Below, piece after piece: positions 18,492-26,445 of a stretch of 35,190 nt of DNA (its first letter is position 1; every line of letters begins with the position of its first letter). Under the pieces are notes generated by a model. It saw only the letters and a list, made by a program, of their open reading frames with translations, was not told the origin of the DNA and searched no databases. The position numbers and the translations under genes are program-made. Source of the DNA: a virus (Duplodnaviria; Heunggongvirae; Uroviricota; Caudoviricetes); IMG/VR virus record IMGVR_UViG_3300034102_002786, positions 82,413 through 117,602 of that record; one strand, written 5' to 3'.

Positions 18492-18800
18492 ATGGCAGAA
18501 CAATTTGAATTAGCTAAACCATTAGCGGACAGAGTACTTATTGAAAAAGAGGAAGTACAAACAAAAACAGCAGGCGGTATTATAATTCCTGAAACTGCTA
18601 AAGCTGAAGATACAAAAATAGGCACCGTAGTTTCAGTTGGTGATGGTGTTTACACAAACGATGGTGTTAAAATACCAATGACTGTAAAGGTTGGGGATAA
18701 AGTAATGATGCCACAAATAGGAACTGCTCAGACGGTAAAACTAAACAATAAAGAATATTATTTGTTTAGAGAACAAGAATTATTAATGGTAATAAGATAA
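18492..18800 (+). CDS. groES: co-chaperonin GroES
   Basis: KPLADRVLI, KTAGGIIIPETA, VVSVGDG, VKVGDKV, LFREQELL. Confidence 0.95.
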   Translation: MAEQFELAKPLADRVLIEKEEVQTKTAGGIIIPETAKAEDTKIGTVVSVGDGVYTNDGVKIPMTVKVGDKVMMPQIGTAQTVKLNNKEYYLFREQELLMVIR

Positions 18801-18809
18801 AATAAAACT

Positions 18810-19256
18810 ATGGCAACAAAAGTATTAATTAAAACAGCAAAAGGTGACATGATAGCAGAGCTATACGATGAAACACCAATAGCATCCGGCAACTTTAAGA
18901 AATTAGTTGAGCAAGGATTCTATAACGGATTAAACTTTCACAGAGTTATTCCAAACTTTATGGTTCAGGGTGGATGTCCGAATGGTAGAGGTGACGGTGG
19001 ACCGGGGTATTCAATTCAATGTGAAGTGAGTGCACCAAAACAATATCACGATAGAGGTGTCCTAAGTATGGCACATCGGGGTAGAAACACCGGTGGTTCA
19101 CAATTCTTTATTTGTCACAATAGAGCAGGAGTTGCACATTTGGATGGCAACCATACGTGCTTTGGTAAAGTGATTGATGGAGTTGAAGTTATTGATTTTA
19201 TCAGACAAGGTGATGCTATTCATTCAATGGAAATCATTAAAGAAACAAACATTTAA
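18810..19256 (+). CDS. cyclophilin-type peptidyl-prolyl isomerase
   Basis: FYNGLNFHRVIPNFMVQGG, LSMAHRG, GGSQFFI, HLDGNHTCFGKV. Confidence 0.95.
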   Translation: MATKVLIKTAKGDMIAELYDETPIASGNFKKLVEQGFYNGLNFHRVIPNFMVQGGCPNGRGDGGPGYSIQCEVSAPKQYHDRGVLSMAHRGRNTGGSQFFICHNRAGVAHLDGNHTCFGKVIDGVEVIDFIRQGDAIHSMEIIKETNI

Positions 19257-19798
19257 TGGCTAACAAAGTTTATACAAAGAAAGGGGATAGTGGGACTACA
19301 TCGTTATTATCAGGCCGTAGAGTATCAAAACTTTATCCTGAAATTAGAGCAGTAGGTGCATTAGATGAATTGAATTCATTTGTAGGGTTACTCCGAACTG
19401 AATACAAACCTGAAGGTGGGTTGCTTGAGGAAATTCAATGGGATTTATTTAACGCAGGTTCAATGATTATCAATGATAACAATTCACCGATAACAAATGT
19501 AACGGAAGATGACATTGAAGTTTTGGAAACTGTTATGGATGGTTTAAATAATCAGTTGCCAGATTTGAAAAACTTTATTTTACCAAATGGTAGTAAAGCA
19601 CAAACATACGCACATATTTGTAGAACGATATGCCGTAGAGCCGAAATTGAGGTATTGAATTGTTTAGTTATGGAAAATACTGAAAGGGTTGCTATTATAA
19701 CTAAATACTTAAACCGATTAAGTGATTTCTTTTTTGTATTAGCACGATACATCGGACATAAAGAAAACATTGACGAAACAATTTGGAAAAATGATTGA
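19256..19798 (+). CDS. pduO: ATP:cob(I)alamin adenosyltransferase, PduO type
   Basis: KVYTKKGDSGTTSL, GALDELNS, FILPNGS, RTICRRAE, YLNRLSDFFFVLARY. Confidence 0.92.
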   Translation: MANKVYTKKGDSGTTSLLSGRRVSKLYPEIRAVGALDELNSFVGLLRTEYKPEGGLLEEIQWDLFNAGSMIINDNNSPITNVTEDDIEVLETVMDGLNNQLPDLKNFILPNGSKAQTYAHICRTICRRAEIEVLNCLVMENTERVAIITKYLNRLSDFFFVLARYIGHKENIDETIWKND

Positions 19799-20033
19799 GT
19801 TAAAGGAATGGATTAAGGACGGGATTGATATTCGTAAAACAAACGATGGGTATGTAGTATTCACAATACAAACACAGCACTTTGAAATAAAAGAGCTGGA
19901 TGAATTAACGCCGGATAAATTTAGGGAAATGGTTGAAAGGCAAAATCATTTCAGAGAATTAGAAGCTGAATTATTAGGTGAAGCATTTGGTAAAAGAGTT
20001 GAAGCTGGATTATTTAAAGACTTATTTGATTAA
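19791..20033 (+). CDS. hypothetical protein
   Basis: Likely ATG 19791 (MIELKEW). Confidence 0.7.
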   Translation: MIELKEWIKDGIDIRKTNDGYVVFTIQTQHFEIKELDELTPDKFREMVERQNHFRELEAELLGEAFGKRVEAGLFKDLFD

Positions 20034-20034
20034 T

Positions 20035-20256
20035 ATGAATTGGGAAATATTTGGCTACATAGGAACTGTGGTTGTTTTATACTCATTCTTAATTGAAAAC
20101 ATTTACCGATTACGTTTAATAAATTCAATCGGTTCTATGTTTTGGATAGTTTACGGATTAGGTATTATGGCATGGCCTACAATCATTGTAAATAGTTGCG
20201 TATTGATGATACATACCCAATGGTTTATAAAACACAGAAAAGAATGGCTAAAATAA
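20035..20256 (+). CDS. small 3-TM membrane protein (YgjV/PQ-loop-like)
   Basis: GYIGTVVVLYSF...LRLINSIGSMFWIVYG...PTIIVN; ATG 20035. Confidence 0.7.
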   Translation: MNWEIFGYIGTVVVLYSFLIENIYRLRLINSIGSMFWIVYGLGIMAWPTIIVNSCVLMIHTQWFIKHRKEWLK

Positions 20257-20411
20257 TTTATTTAGAAGATACGATTACATTAATGGCTAATACTAAAAAT
20301 GGAATGGAGTTAGTTCAACGTTTAGCAAAAATTGGTGAGTTTAAACAAACAGAAAATGGGTATCGTTATATAGTAATTGAAAACAATAATGAGGCAGATG
20401 GACGAAAATGA
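20244..20411 (+). CDS. hypothetical protein
   Basis: Likely ATG 20244 (MAKIIYLED). Confidence 0.6.
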   Translation: MAKIIYLEDTITLMANTKNGMELVQRLAKIGEFKQTENGYRYIVIENNNEADGRK

Positions 20412-20973
20412 AATATTAAATTGGTTAAGGAAAAACAAACCTAACATTTACTATTTGTACATTTCATCTAAAAGTTTAATTAATAATTCAAATGTAAGGG
20501 ACCTTAGTAAGTTGTACGCTGAAGCAAATGAGTTTATACAACGTGATTGGATAAATAGCAACACAAATGTAACGGTAGTAAAGCGTGAGGATTACGAACA
20601 TAGCGGAAATGCTGCTGGATTTGATTTAATTTCTATTGATGGTAAGTTGAAAATACAATCAAAGTTAAGATATAACGGATTGCATATTGAGCAGACGAGA
20701 CGAAATTCAGTTAAAAATAATAAAGCAACTAATTCAAATACGGGATACACAAGGTATGCTATTGGTGAGGCGGATGTTTATTTATTTTCAAAGCCACCTA
20801 CAATAGAATCTTATAATGATATTAATAGTTGGAATTTTATAGCAATACCAGAATCGGAATTAATTGATAAAAACTATCCGGGGTATTTATTAAGTAGTGT
20901 ACCTAAAAAAATATGGACAAGATTTTTAGGAAAAACAAAAGATGTAATTGAAAACGAATACAATATAAAGTAG
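20398..20973 (+). CDS. putative PD-(D/E)xK-fold nuclease
   Basis: AGFDLIS...KIQSK resembles restriction-fold motifs II/III; start 20377 or 20398. Confidence 0.5.
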   Translation: MDENEILNWLRKNKPNIYYLYISSKSLINNSNVRDLSKLYAEANEFIQRDWINSNTNVTVVKREDYEHSGNAAGFDLISIDGKLKIQSKLRYNGLHIEQTRRNSVKNNKATNSNTGYTRYAIGEADVYLFSKPPTIESYNDINSWNFIAIPESELIDKNYPGYLLSSVPKKIWTRFLGKTKDVIENEYNIK

Positions 20974-20974
20974 A

Positions 20975-21265
20975 ATGCTGAAGTTTGAAAACCTTAAAAC
21001 AATAGAAGGGCATTTATTTCATAATGGCAGATACCTTATTTACAAATGTGAGGACTCATTGGTAAAAACGTATTTTCACATTAAGGATTTAAAATCACCA
21101 TTTGCACAAATAATTGAATTAAGAAAAGAAGCAACGCCTGTTTATATATTGGAAAATACTTTCAATAAGACGATGGTATATTGTGATTTGGATGTGATTA
21201 AAGATAAAACATTATTTCTTAAAAAATTAGAATTGATAATTGATACATCAGTAACTTGGGAATGA
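20975..21265 (+). CDS. MLTIEN-family paralog 1
   Basis: MLKFENLKTIEG; IELRK; YIL. Confidence 0.75.
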   Translation: MLKFENLKTIEGHLFHNGRYLIYKCEDSLVKTYFHIKDLKSPFAQIIELRKEATPVYILENTFNKTMVYCDLDVIKDKTLFLKKLELIIDTSVTWE

Positions 21266-21606
21266 TTACAATAGAAAACATAAAAAGAATTGAAAAAACG
21301 TATTGGAACTTTGATTCTAAAACTATACAATGTATAAGAGTAGAACAAGTCAATGATGACCTTATATTGAATAGCAATAGTTACACATTTGATTTTGATA
21401 TTGGATTAGGGGATATACCATTAGTCATTTGGTTGGACAGACACAAAAATAAAGATAATGAAGGTTACCGATTTGAAAACAATTTAATAGAAGCTACCAA
21501 TTACGTTGATATAAAGGACTTGACAAATTACAATAGGTTTATTGTTATGTTGCAAGATTATTTAGTATCAATACAAAGTGAAATAAAAAGAAACTTTTTT
21601 AAGTAA
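21262..21606 (+). CDS. MLTIEN-family paralog 2
   Basis: MITIENIKRIEK; YTF; IWLDR; YRF. Confidence 0.8.
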   Translation: MITIENIKRIEKTYWNFDSKTIQCIRVEQVNDDLILNSNSYTFDFDIGLGDIPLVIWLDRHKNKDNEGYRFENNLIEATNYVDIKDLTNYNRFIVMLQDYLVSIQSEIKRNFFK

Positions 21607-21908
21607 TGCTTACAATAGAAAACATAACAAAGGTTTATAAAAAGGACGTTAGCAATTTGTGGCGTATTGGTAAAGTAGAAACAATAAATACCGCATACCT
21701 ATTCACACTAATGAACTCAGTTGGGCAAAGAATACAAATTAATTTAGAACGTAATCCAATAGGTGTACAATATGAATTATGGTGTTGGGATAGCTATCAG
21801 CACAATGCACCACTACCTACTGCAGTTCCTAAGCGTAGAATGTTGGATAAAACTAAATTACAAAACCCAGAACTATTAATACAACAAATAAAAGAATTAG
21901 TACAATGA
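21606..21908 (+). CDS. MLTIEN-family paralog 3
   Basis: MLTIENITKV; WRIG; YLF; INLER; YEL. Confidence 0.85.
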   Translation: MLTIENITKVYKKDVSNLWRIGKVETINTAYLFTLMNSVGQRIQINLERNPIGVQYELWCWDSYQHNAPLPTAVPKRRMLDKTKLQNPELLIQQIKELVQ

Positions 21909-22216
21909 GTAATTTATATATAACGCCGGACAATGGCAGTTTGACAATGAAGGGTAGCGGTAAGGTACAAATCAAAACTTCAATACAAATATACGGAACG
22001 GGTACTAAAATGCCGGTAACGGTTGAGGCTGATTTTACGGACATTCCGCATCACTTACATCAAACTTATTTTCAATCATTGGTAAGTCAATACAATACAT
22101 CGGTCAATGTATATAACAATACAAAGGATGACGAGCCGAAAACAATAGGGGAAAAAAAGAGTGAATGGCGGTTGAATAGAATTGTGGACATAATTAGTAA
22201 AGCAATATCAAAGTAA
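21905..22216 (+). CDS. hypothetical protein, paralog of 10024..10332
   Basis: VEADFTDIPHHLH motif. Confidence 0.75.
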   Translation: MSNLYITPDNGSLTMKGSGKVQIKTSIQIYGTGTKMPVTVEADFTDIPHHLHQTYFQSLVSQYNTSVNVYNNTKDDEPKTIGEKKSEWRLNRIVDIISKAISK

Positions 22217-22217
22217 T

Positions 22218-22559
22218 ATGCTTACAATAGACAACATACAAAATATAGAAGGTAAGGAATTCCAAATGAGCAGTGGACAGAAGTATGTAATTGGTATTGT
22301 ACGGAGTTGGTATGACCATTATAGTTTTGGGGTATTTCCACTAACCGAAATTGGGGTGGCTAGTATAAAGGATGGTATTGTATATAAATTGCATAGAACT
22401 AAAAAGAGTAGAAGGGGATATAAATTAGTTGCACCTAAAATGAGTTGGCAACCTTATGTGAAGCCGGAAAACTTAACCTTAGATAATTTCGTATTAGAAT
22501 TACACATACAAACTGGATTATTAAATGCTAACAATAGAAAACATAAACATACTCAATAG
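22218..22559 (+). CDS. MLTIEN-family paralog 4
   Basis: MLTIDNIQNIEG; YSF; YKLHR; YKL. Confidence 0.85.
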   Translation: MLTIDNIQNIEGKEFQMSSGQKYVIGIVRSWYDHYSFGVFPLTEIGVASIKDGIVYKLHRTKKSRRGYKLVAPKMSWQPYVKPENLTLDNFVLELHIQTGLLNANNRKHKHTQ

Positions 22560-22848
22560 TAAGTTCGCAGGTACGGCCGAATGGCAGATAGGTGAAATGT
22601 TTATAGGTTCACAAAACTATGTATTTGTAATCCACAAACGGGTAGGTTATTGGACAATTGGTGATTCTAAGCATGATGAATTGACGGTACGATTGCATAG
22701 GATAAAGGCAATGGATGGGTATGTAATGGAGACGGGAATAGTAAAACAAAACTATTATGGACGTTCGGTATATAGTATAGATAGAATGAAAACCATAACC
22801 GATTTTACAATATGCTTGGACAATCATATTAAAACTATAATAAGATAA
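22525..22848 (+). CDS. MLTIEN-family paralog 5
   Basis: MLTIENINIL; WQIG; YVF; VRLHR; YVM. Confidence 0.85.
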   Translation: MLTIENINILNSKFAGTAEWQIGEMFIGSQNYVFVIHKRVGYWTIGDSKHDELTVRLHRIKAMDGYVMETGIVKQNYYGRSVYSIDRMKTITDFTICLDNHIKTIIR

Positions 22849-23008
22849 TATATTCCTTTCAGTATTCATCGTATCGGAGAATCGGAAATCGGGTCGATGG
22901 GGAATTTTTTTGATAGTGTATGCCAACATAGCCAATAGGGAAGGGTTACAAACAATAGGGGTATATAGAATAAAAAAATAATGGGCGTATATTTAAATAA
23001 GAAAAAGG

Positions 23009-23251
23009 ATGGAAAACGAATATAGAGACCGGTTTAAAAGTAAGGTAAGGGAGGCCGGTTCGAATCACAAAGCCGTAATCGGAATATGTGGGGAATGGGG
23101 TATCGAAACCATCGAAACGGAATGGCTAAGCCCCGAAGTGTGGCGATTAAGTGGGGTATGGGTAAGTGAGGGATTGAATATAAAAATTTTAGGTGGGATT
23201 GCCGAAACTCAATTCCTATTAATACCAATAGAAGATGTACCAATATATTAA
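23009..23251 (+). CDS. hypothetical protein (weak)
   Basis: ORF track only; atypical composition. Confidence 0.45.
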   Translation: MENEYRDRFKSKVREAGSNHKAVIGICGEWGIETIETEWLSPEVWRLSGVWVSEGLNIKILGGIAETQFLLIPIEDVPIY

Positions 23252-23330
23252 GAAAATACTAAGCGATATTTATAAAGGTTTCGAATGGGCCGAAAAGAAT
23301 AGACACCATAATGGGTGGGGTAAGCTATAA
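23235..23330 (+). CDS. micro-ORF (31 aa)
   Basis: MYQYIKKILSDIYKGFEWAEKNRHHNGWGKL. Confidence 0.4.
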   Translation: MYQYIKKILSDIYKGFEWAEKNRHHNGWGKL

Positions 23331-23363
23331 GGCCGGACACGAATAACAATAATAGTACAGCAA

Positions 23364-23480
23364 ATGATAATAGTAACAATAGTATTCAGTATGTTAATAG
23401 GATACGGGATAGGACAGTACATAGTGGATAAGTGGATAAACACTAACCATAAGGATATAGAGGGAGACCGGAAAGATTAA
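23364..23480 (+). CDS. single-TM micro-protein (38 aa)
   Basis: MIIVTIVFSMLIGYGIGQYIVDKWINTNHKDIEGDRKD. Confidence 0.55.
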   Translation: MIIVTIVFSMLIGYGIGQYIVDKWINTNHKDIEGDRKD

Positions 23481-23517
23481 GTTCACTTAAAAGTAAACTA
23501 AATAAAATTTAGCTCAA

Positions 23518-23682
23518 ATGGAATTGAATAATGAATTAGAATTAGTAATAGGATGTACCCTGTATATAGTGTACATAGTGGGGATTAATTGGTCCTATAT
23601 AACGGAATACACTAAGGGTAACGGAGTAATCAAAAGAGGTACTGAATGGGATAATGATTGGCACCCTGATTCAAACTTATAA
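23518..23682 (+). CDS. micro-protein (54 aa), possible TM
   Basis: MELNNELELVIGCTLYIVYIVGINWSY... Confidence 0.5.
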   Translation: MELNNELELVIGCTLYIVYIVGINWSYITEYTKGNGVIKRGTEWDNDWHPDSNL

Positions 23683-23692
23683 AAGGCCGGAT

Positions 23693-23806
23693 ATGAATCT
23701 TATTAAAAGGATAAAAAGGAGCTGTAAGGGAATGGAAGGGTCCGAGCTCCTACTATTCACAATACTAATAGTAGCCCTATGGATAATACTAACTCACACA
23801 ATTTAA
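23693..23806 (+). CDS. single-TM micro-protein (37 aa)
   Basis: MNLIKRIKRSCKGMEGSELLLFTILIVALWIILTHTI. Confidence 0.55.
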   Translation: MNLIKRIKRSCKGMEGSELLLFTILIVALWIILTHTI

Positions 23807-23958
23807 CGGGTAGGGAACGTATCGAATTACAATCCCGAATACAAAAATTGGAATGGTTACTCAAAGAATGTATCGGGTTAGAGGAATACGAGCTATGCTC
23901 ACAAATACGAAATATCATCCATAACTCTTACCAAAAAATAGATGAGTCCCAAAGATAA
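23779..23958 (+). CDS. UVR (UvrB/UvrC coiled-coil)-like micro-protein (59 aa)
   Basis: IQKLEWLLKECIGLEEYELCSQIRNII resembles UVR consensus. Confidence 0.55.
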   Translation: MDNTNSHNLTGRERIELQSRIQKLEWLLKECIGLEEYELCSQIRNIIHNSYQKIDESQR

Positions 23959-24103
23959 AACCTTAAAGAGAATCGGTGAACTCGAAGGAATCTTAGCCCA
24001 TGCAAAGAGAATCAATCAACCGCCCCTAACCCGTCAAATCGAATACCTATTAAGAAATGAATACAAAGAATTACAAAAGATACGAAAACTCCGCCATAAT
24101 TGA
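23942..24103 (+). CDS. basic micro-protein (53 aa)
   Basis: MSPKDKTLKRIGELEGILAHAKRINQPPLTRQIEYLLRNEYKELQKIRKLRHN. Confidence 0.6.
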   Translation: MSPKDKTLKRIGELEGILAHAKRINQPPLTRQIEYLLRNEYKELQKIRKLRHN

Positions 24104-24114
24104 TTCACTACTTT

Positions 24115-24216
24115 ATGAAATCGAGACAAAGAAAAAACTATAAACCCTACTTCGAATTAGCACGTTGGGTATGGTGGGCTGGGCTTGTGGGGATGGCATT
24201 AACGTTATTATATTAA
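24115..24216 (+). CDS. single-TM micro-protein (33 aa)
   Basis: MKSRQRKNYKPYFELARWVWWAGLVGMALTLLY. Confidence 0.55.
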   Translation: MKSRQRKNYKPYFELARWVWWAGLVGMALTLLY

Positions 24217-24217
24217 T

Positions 24218-24376
24218 ATGCTACGTTTCATTCTTATAACAATAATATCTTTTTTTCTTTGTGGATTCCTTACAAATGATATAGATAAAATGATAGGATT
24301 AACAATGAGTATGAGCTTCTTTGTTACTATCTTTTGGGAATTGATTAGGTACTTTGTATTCAAAAAGAAAAACTAA
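24218..24376 (+). CDS. two-TM micro-protein (52 aa)
   Basis: MLRFILITIISFFLCGFL...FFVTIFWELIRYFVFKKKN; TAATATG coupling. Confidence 0.6.
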   Translation: MLRFILITIISFFLCGFLTNDIDKMIGLTMSMSFFVTIFWELIRYFVFKKKN

Positions 24377-24671
24377 TTTGATACACACGTTTTTTAATTA
24401 CCATTGCTACCTAAATATAAGGATACATTTGTACTTTTATATTTTGATGGTACATAGTAATTGAAAACCACGTCAATGTCAATTTAACACACATTCCCAC
24501 AAACTTACACTTTTTACCACTTCATAGAATAAACAGAGGTTAATTATCAGTTTATCATATCACAATGAGACCATATACGGATTCTTTAGCAAACGGCAAA
24601 ATTTTTCGTGGGGTATTTTCACACACATTCGGCCATTCGGATATTCGTATAAACAAATAAGCTACACAAAA

Positions 24672-24703
24672 TTTGGCTATGTCAAAAATATTTCGTATAT
24701 TTG
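24672..24703 (+). promoter_or_regulatory. Bacteroidota-type sigma promoter
   Basis: TTTG 24672-75, 20 bp, TATATTTG 24696-703. Confidence 0.75.
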
Positions 24704-24741
24704 TATATCAGAAATTCTATTTATAACCCCAAACGATATTT

Positions 24742-25101
24742 ATGAGAGTAAGTAATAAAAAAGCTGGTATGCGATTTGATTGTAACCGTTTATGGAATTG
24801 GGCCTACGAGAAGCTCGGTGAGAGTAGATGTGGAGCTATAGCATTCTATTGGGATACACGTGATGAAGCTGAGTTAGGTTACTATGATTGGGAAAAGACT
24901 ATTTGGATTAATTTAGCCCAATGTAAAAGAATGATAAGTGTCCAAAAAACTATTCTACACGAATGGACACACGCACAACAATCGTACAGGTGGTATAACC
25001 ATTATCAATTGAAATACGGATACAAAAAGAATCCATACGAAATACAAGCCCGAGAGAACGAAAAATTAGTTAAGCGTGCATACAAACGAAAATCAAAATA
25101 A
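24742..25101 (+). CDS. HExxH metallopeptidase-like protein
   Basis: ILHEWTHAQQ...NPYEIQA. Confidence 0.7.
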   Translation: MRVSNKKAGMRFDCNRLWNWAYEKLGESRCGAIAFYWDTRDEAELGYYDWEKTIWINLAQCKRMISVQKTILHEWTHAQQSYRWYNHYQLKYGYKKNPYEIQARENEKLVKRAYKRKSK

Positions 25102-25183
25102 TCCGGTCCGAAAAGTTGGAAACCCTGGCCGTAAAGCAAAGCCGGGTGAGCAGATAGCTTACAACAAAACACTACATTGTAAT

Positions 25184-25447
25184 ATGCAGCTATTCGAAAA
25201 TGAAGCGGGCGAGTATTACCCAGTAGTGGATAGGATGGACCAGCCCACATTAGTAAGGGGCGAATATCATCCTATTGGTAATCGTTTTCATTACCCTAAG
25301 CAGTGGGGTAGAAAATACGCTGCTACAAAACTATTGGAGCATAAAATAGAAGTACAAAAGGAAATAATAAGTAATGCTAATACTGAATTGGATAAATTAG
25401 AAAGGTGTTTAGCTTCTATAAAGGATTGGTCAGATACAGACGAATAA
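25184..25447 (+). CDS. hypothetical protein with C-terminal coiled coil
   Basis: Likely ATG 25184 (MQLFENE). Confidence 0.7.
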   Translation: MQLFENEAGEYYPVVDRMDQPTLVRGEYHPIGNRFHYPKQWGRKYAATKLLEHKIEVQKEIISNANTELDKLERCLASIKDWSDTDE

Positions 25448-25456
25448 ACAATATAT

Positions 25457-25630
25457 ATGCTTTCCGAAAACGAAATGATTCAAAGGGCCGCCGTTATTGG
25501 TATGGACGAAGAGGTAATCAGTTATGCTAAACAAATTCAACGTCAGCTTTCAGCAGAAGGTGATACGGCAGAATGGTTGGATTGCTTAGAGATGGCCTAT
25601 AACGAATTGATTCTCAATCAGTTACACTAG
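25457..25630 (+). CDS. hypothetical micro-protein (57 aa)
   Basis: Manual translation MLSENEMIQRAAVIGMDEEV...LNQLH. Confidence 0.7.
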   Translation: MLSENEMIQRAAVIGMDEEVISYAKQIQRQLSAEGDTAEWLDCLEMAYNELILNQLH

Positions 25631-25651
25631 CAAAAAATAATGGTAAAAAAG

Positions 25652-25683
25652 CTTGGAATTCTCAAGTATTTTCCGTAACTTTA
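25652..25683 (+). promoter_or_regulatory. possible promoter with no adjacent ORF
   Basis: CTTG 25652-55, 20 bp, TAACTTTA 25676-83. Confidence 0.55.
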
Positions 25684-25722
25684 GGGAGTGGAGGGCGGGG
25701 TAAGCCCCATTAGGGACCGGCA

Positions 25723-25895
25723 GGCTAACCTGTTGGTTTTCAATCGCTTATGGAATGTTATATAACGTATATTATGTTAAGTCACCAACACGCTGATTAT
25801 CAATCGGTTAGCTCGAAAAAAGGGGTGTTTTTCTTATATAATATATTATGTTAAATAGGACACCCGAGGCGGGGCGCAACGTGTTGATAACCAAT
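25723..25895. repeat. motif cluster 3: three degenerate copies
   Basis: GGCTAACCTGTTGGTTTTCAAT (25723-44), inverted GCTGATTATCAATCGGTTAGC (25792-812), GCAACGTGTTGATAACCAAT (25876-95). Confidence 0.8.
25755..25782. other. dif-like Xer recombination site
   Basis: ATGTTATATAA-CGTATA-TTATGTTAAGT: 11-6-11 layout, right arm 10/11 and spacer 5/6 identical to E. coli dif. Confidence 0.7.
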
Positions 25896-25931
25896 GGTTT
25901 ATACTTTTTTAAAAAATAATTGTAAAAAGTC

Positions 25932-25974
25932 TTTGCTATTTCAGGAATTTTACCTATCTTTACTATGTAATAAA
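25932..25974 (+). promoter_or_regulatory. promoter, TATCTTTACTATGTAATAAA class
   Basis: TTTG 25932-35, 19 bp, 20-mer 25955-74. Confidence 0.8.
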
Positions 25975-25984
25975 GATTGAAAAT

Positions 25985-26197
25985 ATGAGTTCCGTATTAA
26001 ACGTTAAGTTCGAATCAGAAGCCCAAATTAAGGCCATTACCAAAATGTTAAGTTCTATTTTCGGATGTCAGGTCCGCCCACGTGGTAGACATAGTAACCG
26101 AAAAGCTGTATTGGGTTACCGTTGGATGAGAGGTACTCAAAACGATATTCCGTGGAGAATGGCGGAGCGTGTTTCATTTTATACTATTTCTAAATAA
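25985..26197 (+). CDS. hypothetical basic protein
   Basis: ORF track; first gene after promoter. Confidence 0.75.
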   Translation: MSSVLNVKFESEAQIKAITKMLSSIFGCQVRPRGRHSNRKAVLGYRWMRGTQNDIPWRMAERVSFYTISK

Positions 26198-26215
26198 TTT
26201 TAACCCCTTATTGAT

Positions 26216-26431
26216 ATGAATCTATTAGAAAGAATGTCCCAAGCCGATGCGGCAGTAGTTAAAGAATTTAGTGCTAAGTATCCACTTACCGGTGGTGATT
26301 TGGTAAAAGAGTTGAAACGTAAGGATTCGTGGTTGGACCTTTCGTATCGCTCGGTTACTCAATTGTGTTCGGTTCTAAAGAGTGGTGATTATTCCCCTAT
26401 CTATATTGATAATCTTTTTTCTAACAAATAA
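26216..26431 (+). CDS. hypothetical protein
   Basis: ORF track. Confidence 0.75.
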   Translation: MNLLERMSQADAAVVKEFSAKYPLTGGDLVKELKRKDSWLDLSYRSVTQLCSVLKSGDYSPIYIDNLFSNK

Positions 26432-26445
26432 TTAAACCCCTTATA

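Noticed and set aside
18492-18800. GroES as a T4 gp31-like specialised co-chaperonin
   Set aside because: Length and mobile loop look canonical bacterial; no gp31-type extension visible
23364-24376. Micro-ORFs as type I toxin-antitoxin loci
   Set aside because: No antisense promoters, terminators or repeated locus structure seen; they form a coupled operon-like string
25723-25812. Integron attC site (CTAAC...GTTAG imperfect palindrome)
   Set aside because: Boxes deviate from RYYYAAC/GTTRRRY, orientation is reversed in clusters 1 and 5, sites do not follow each ORF, no integrase in window
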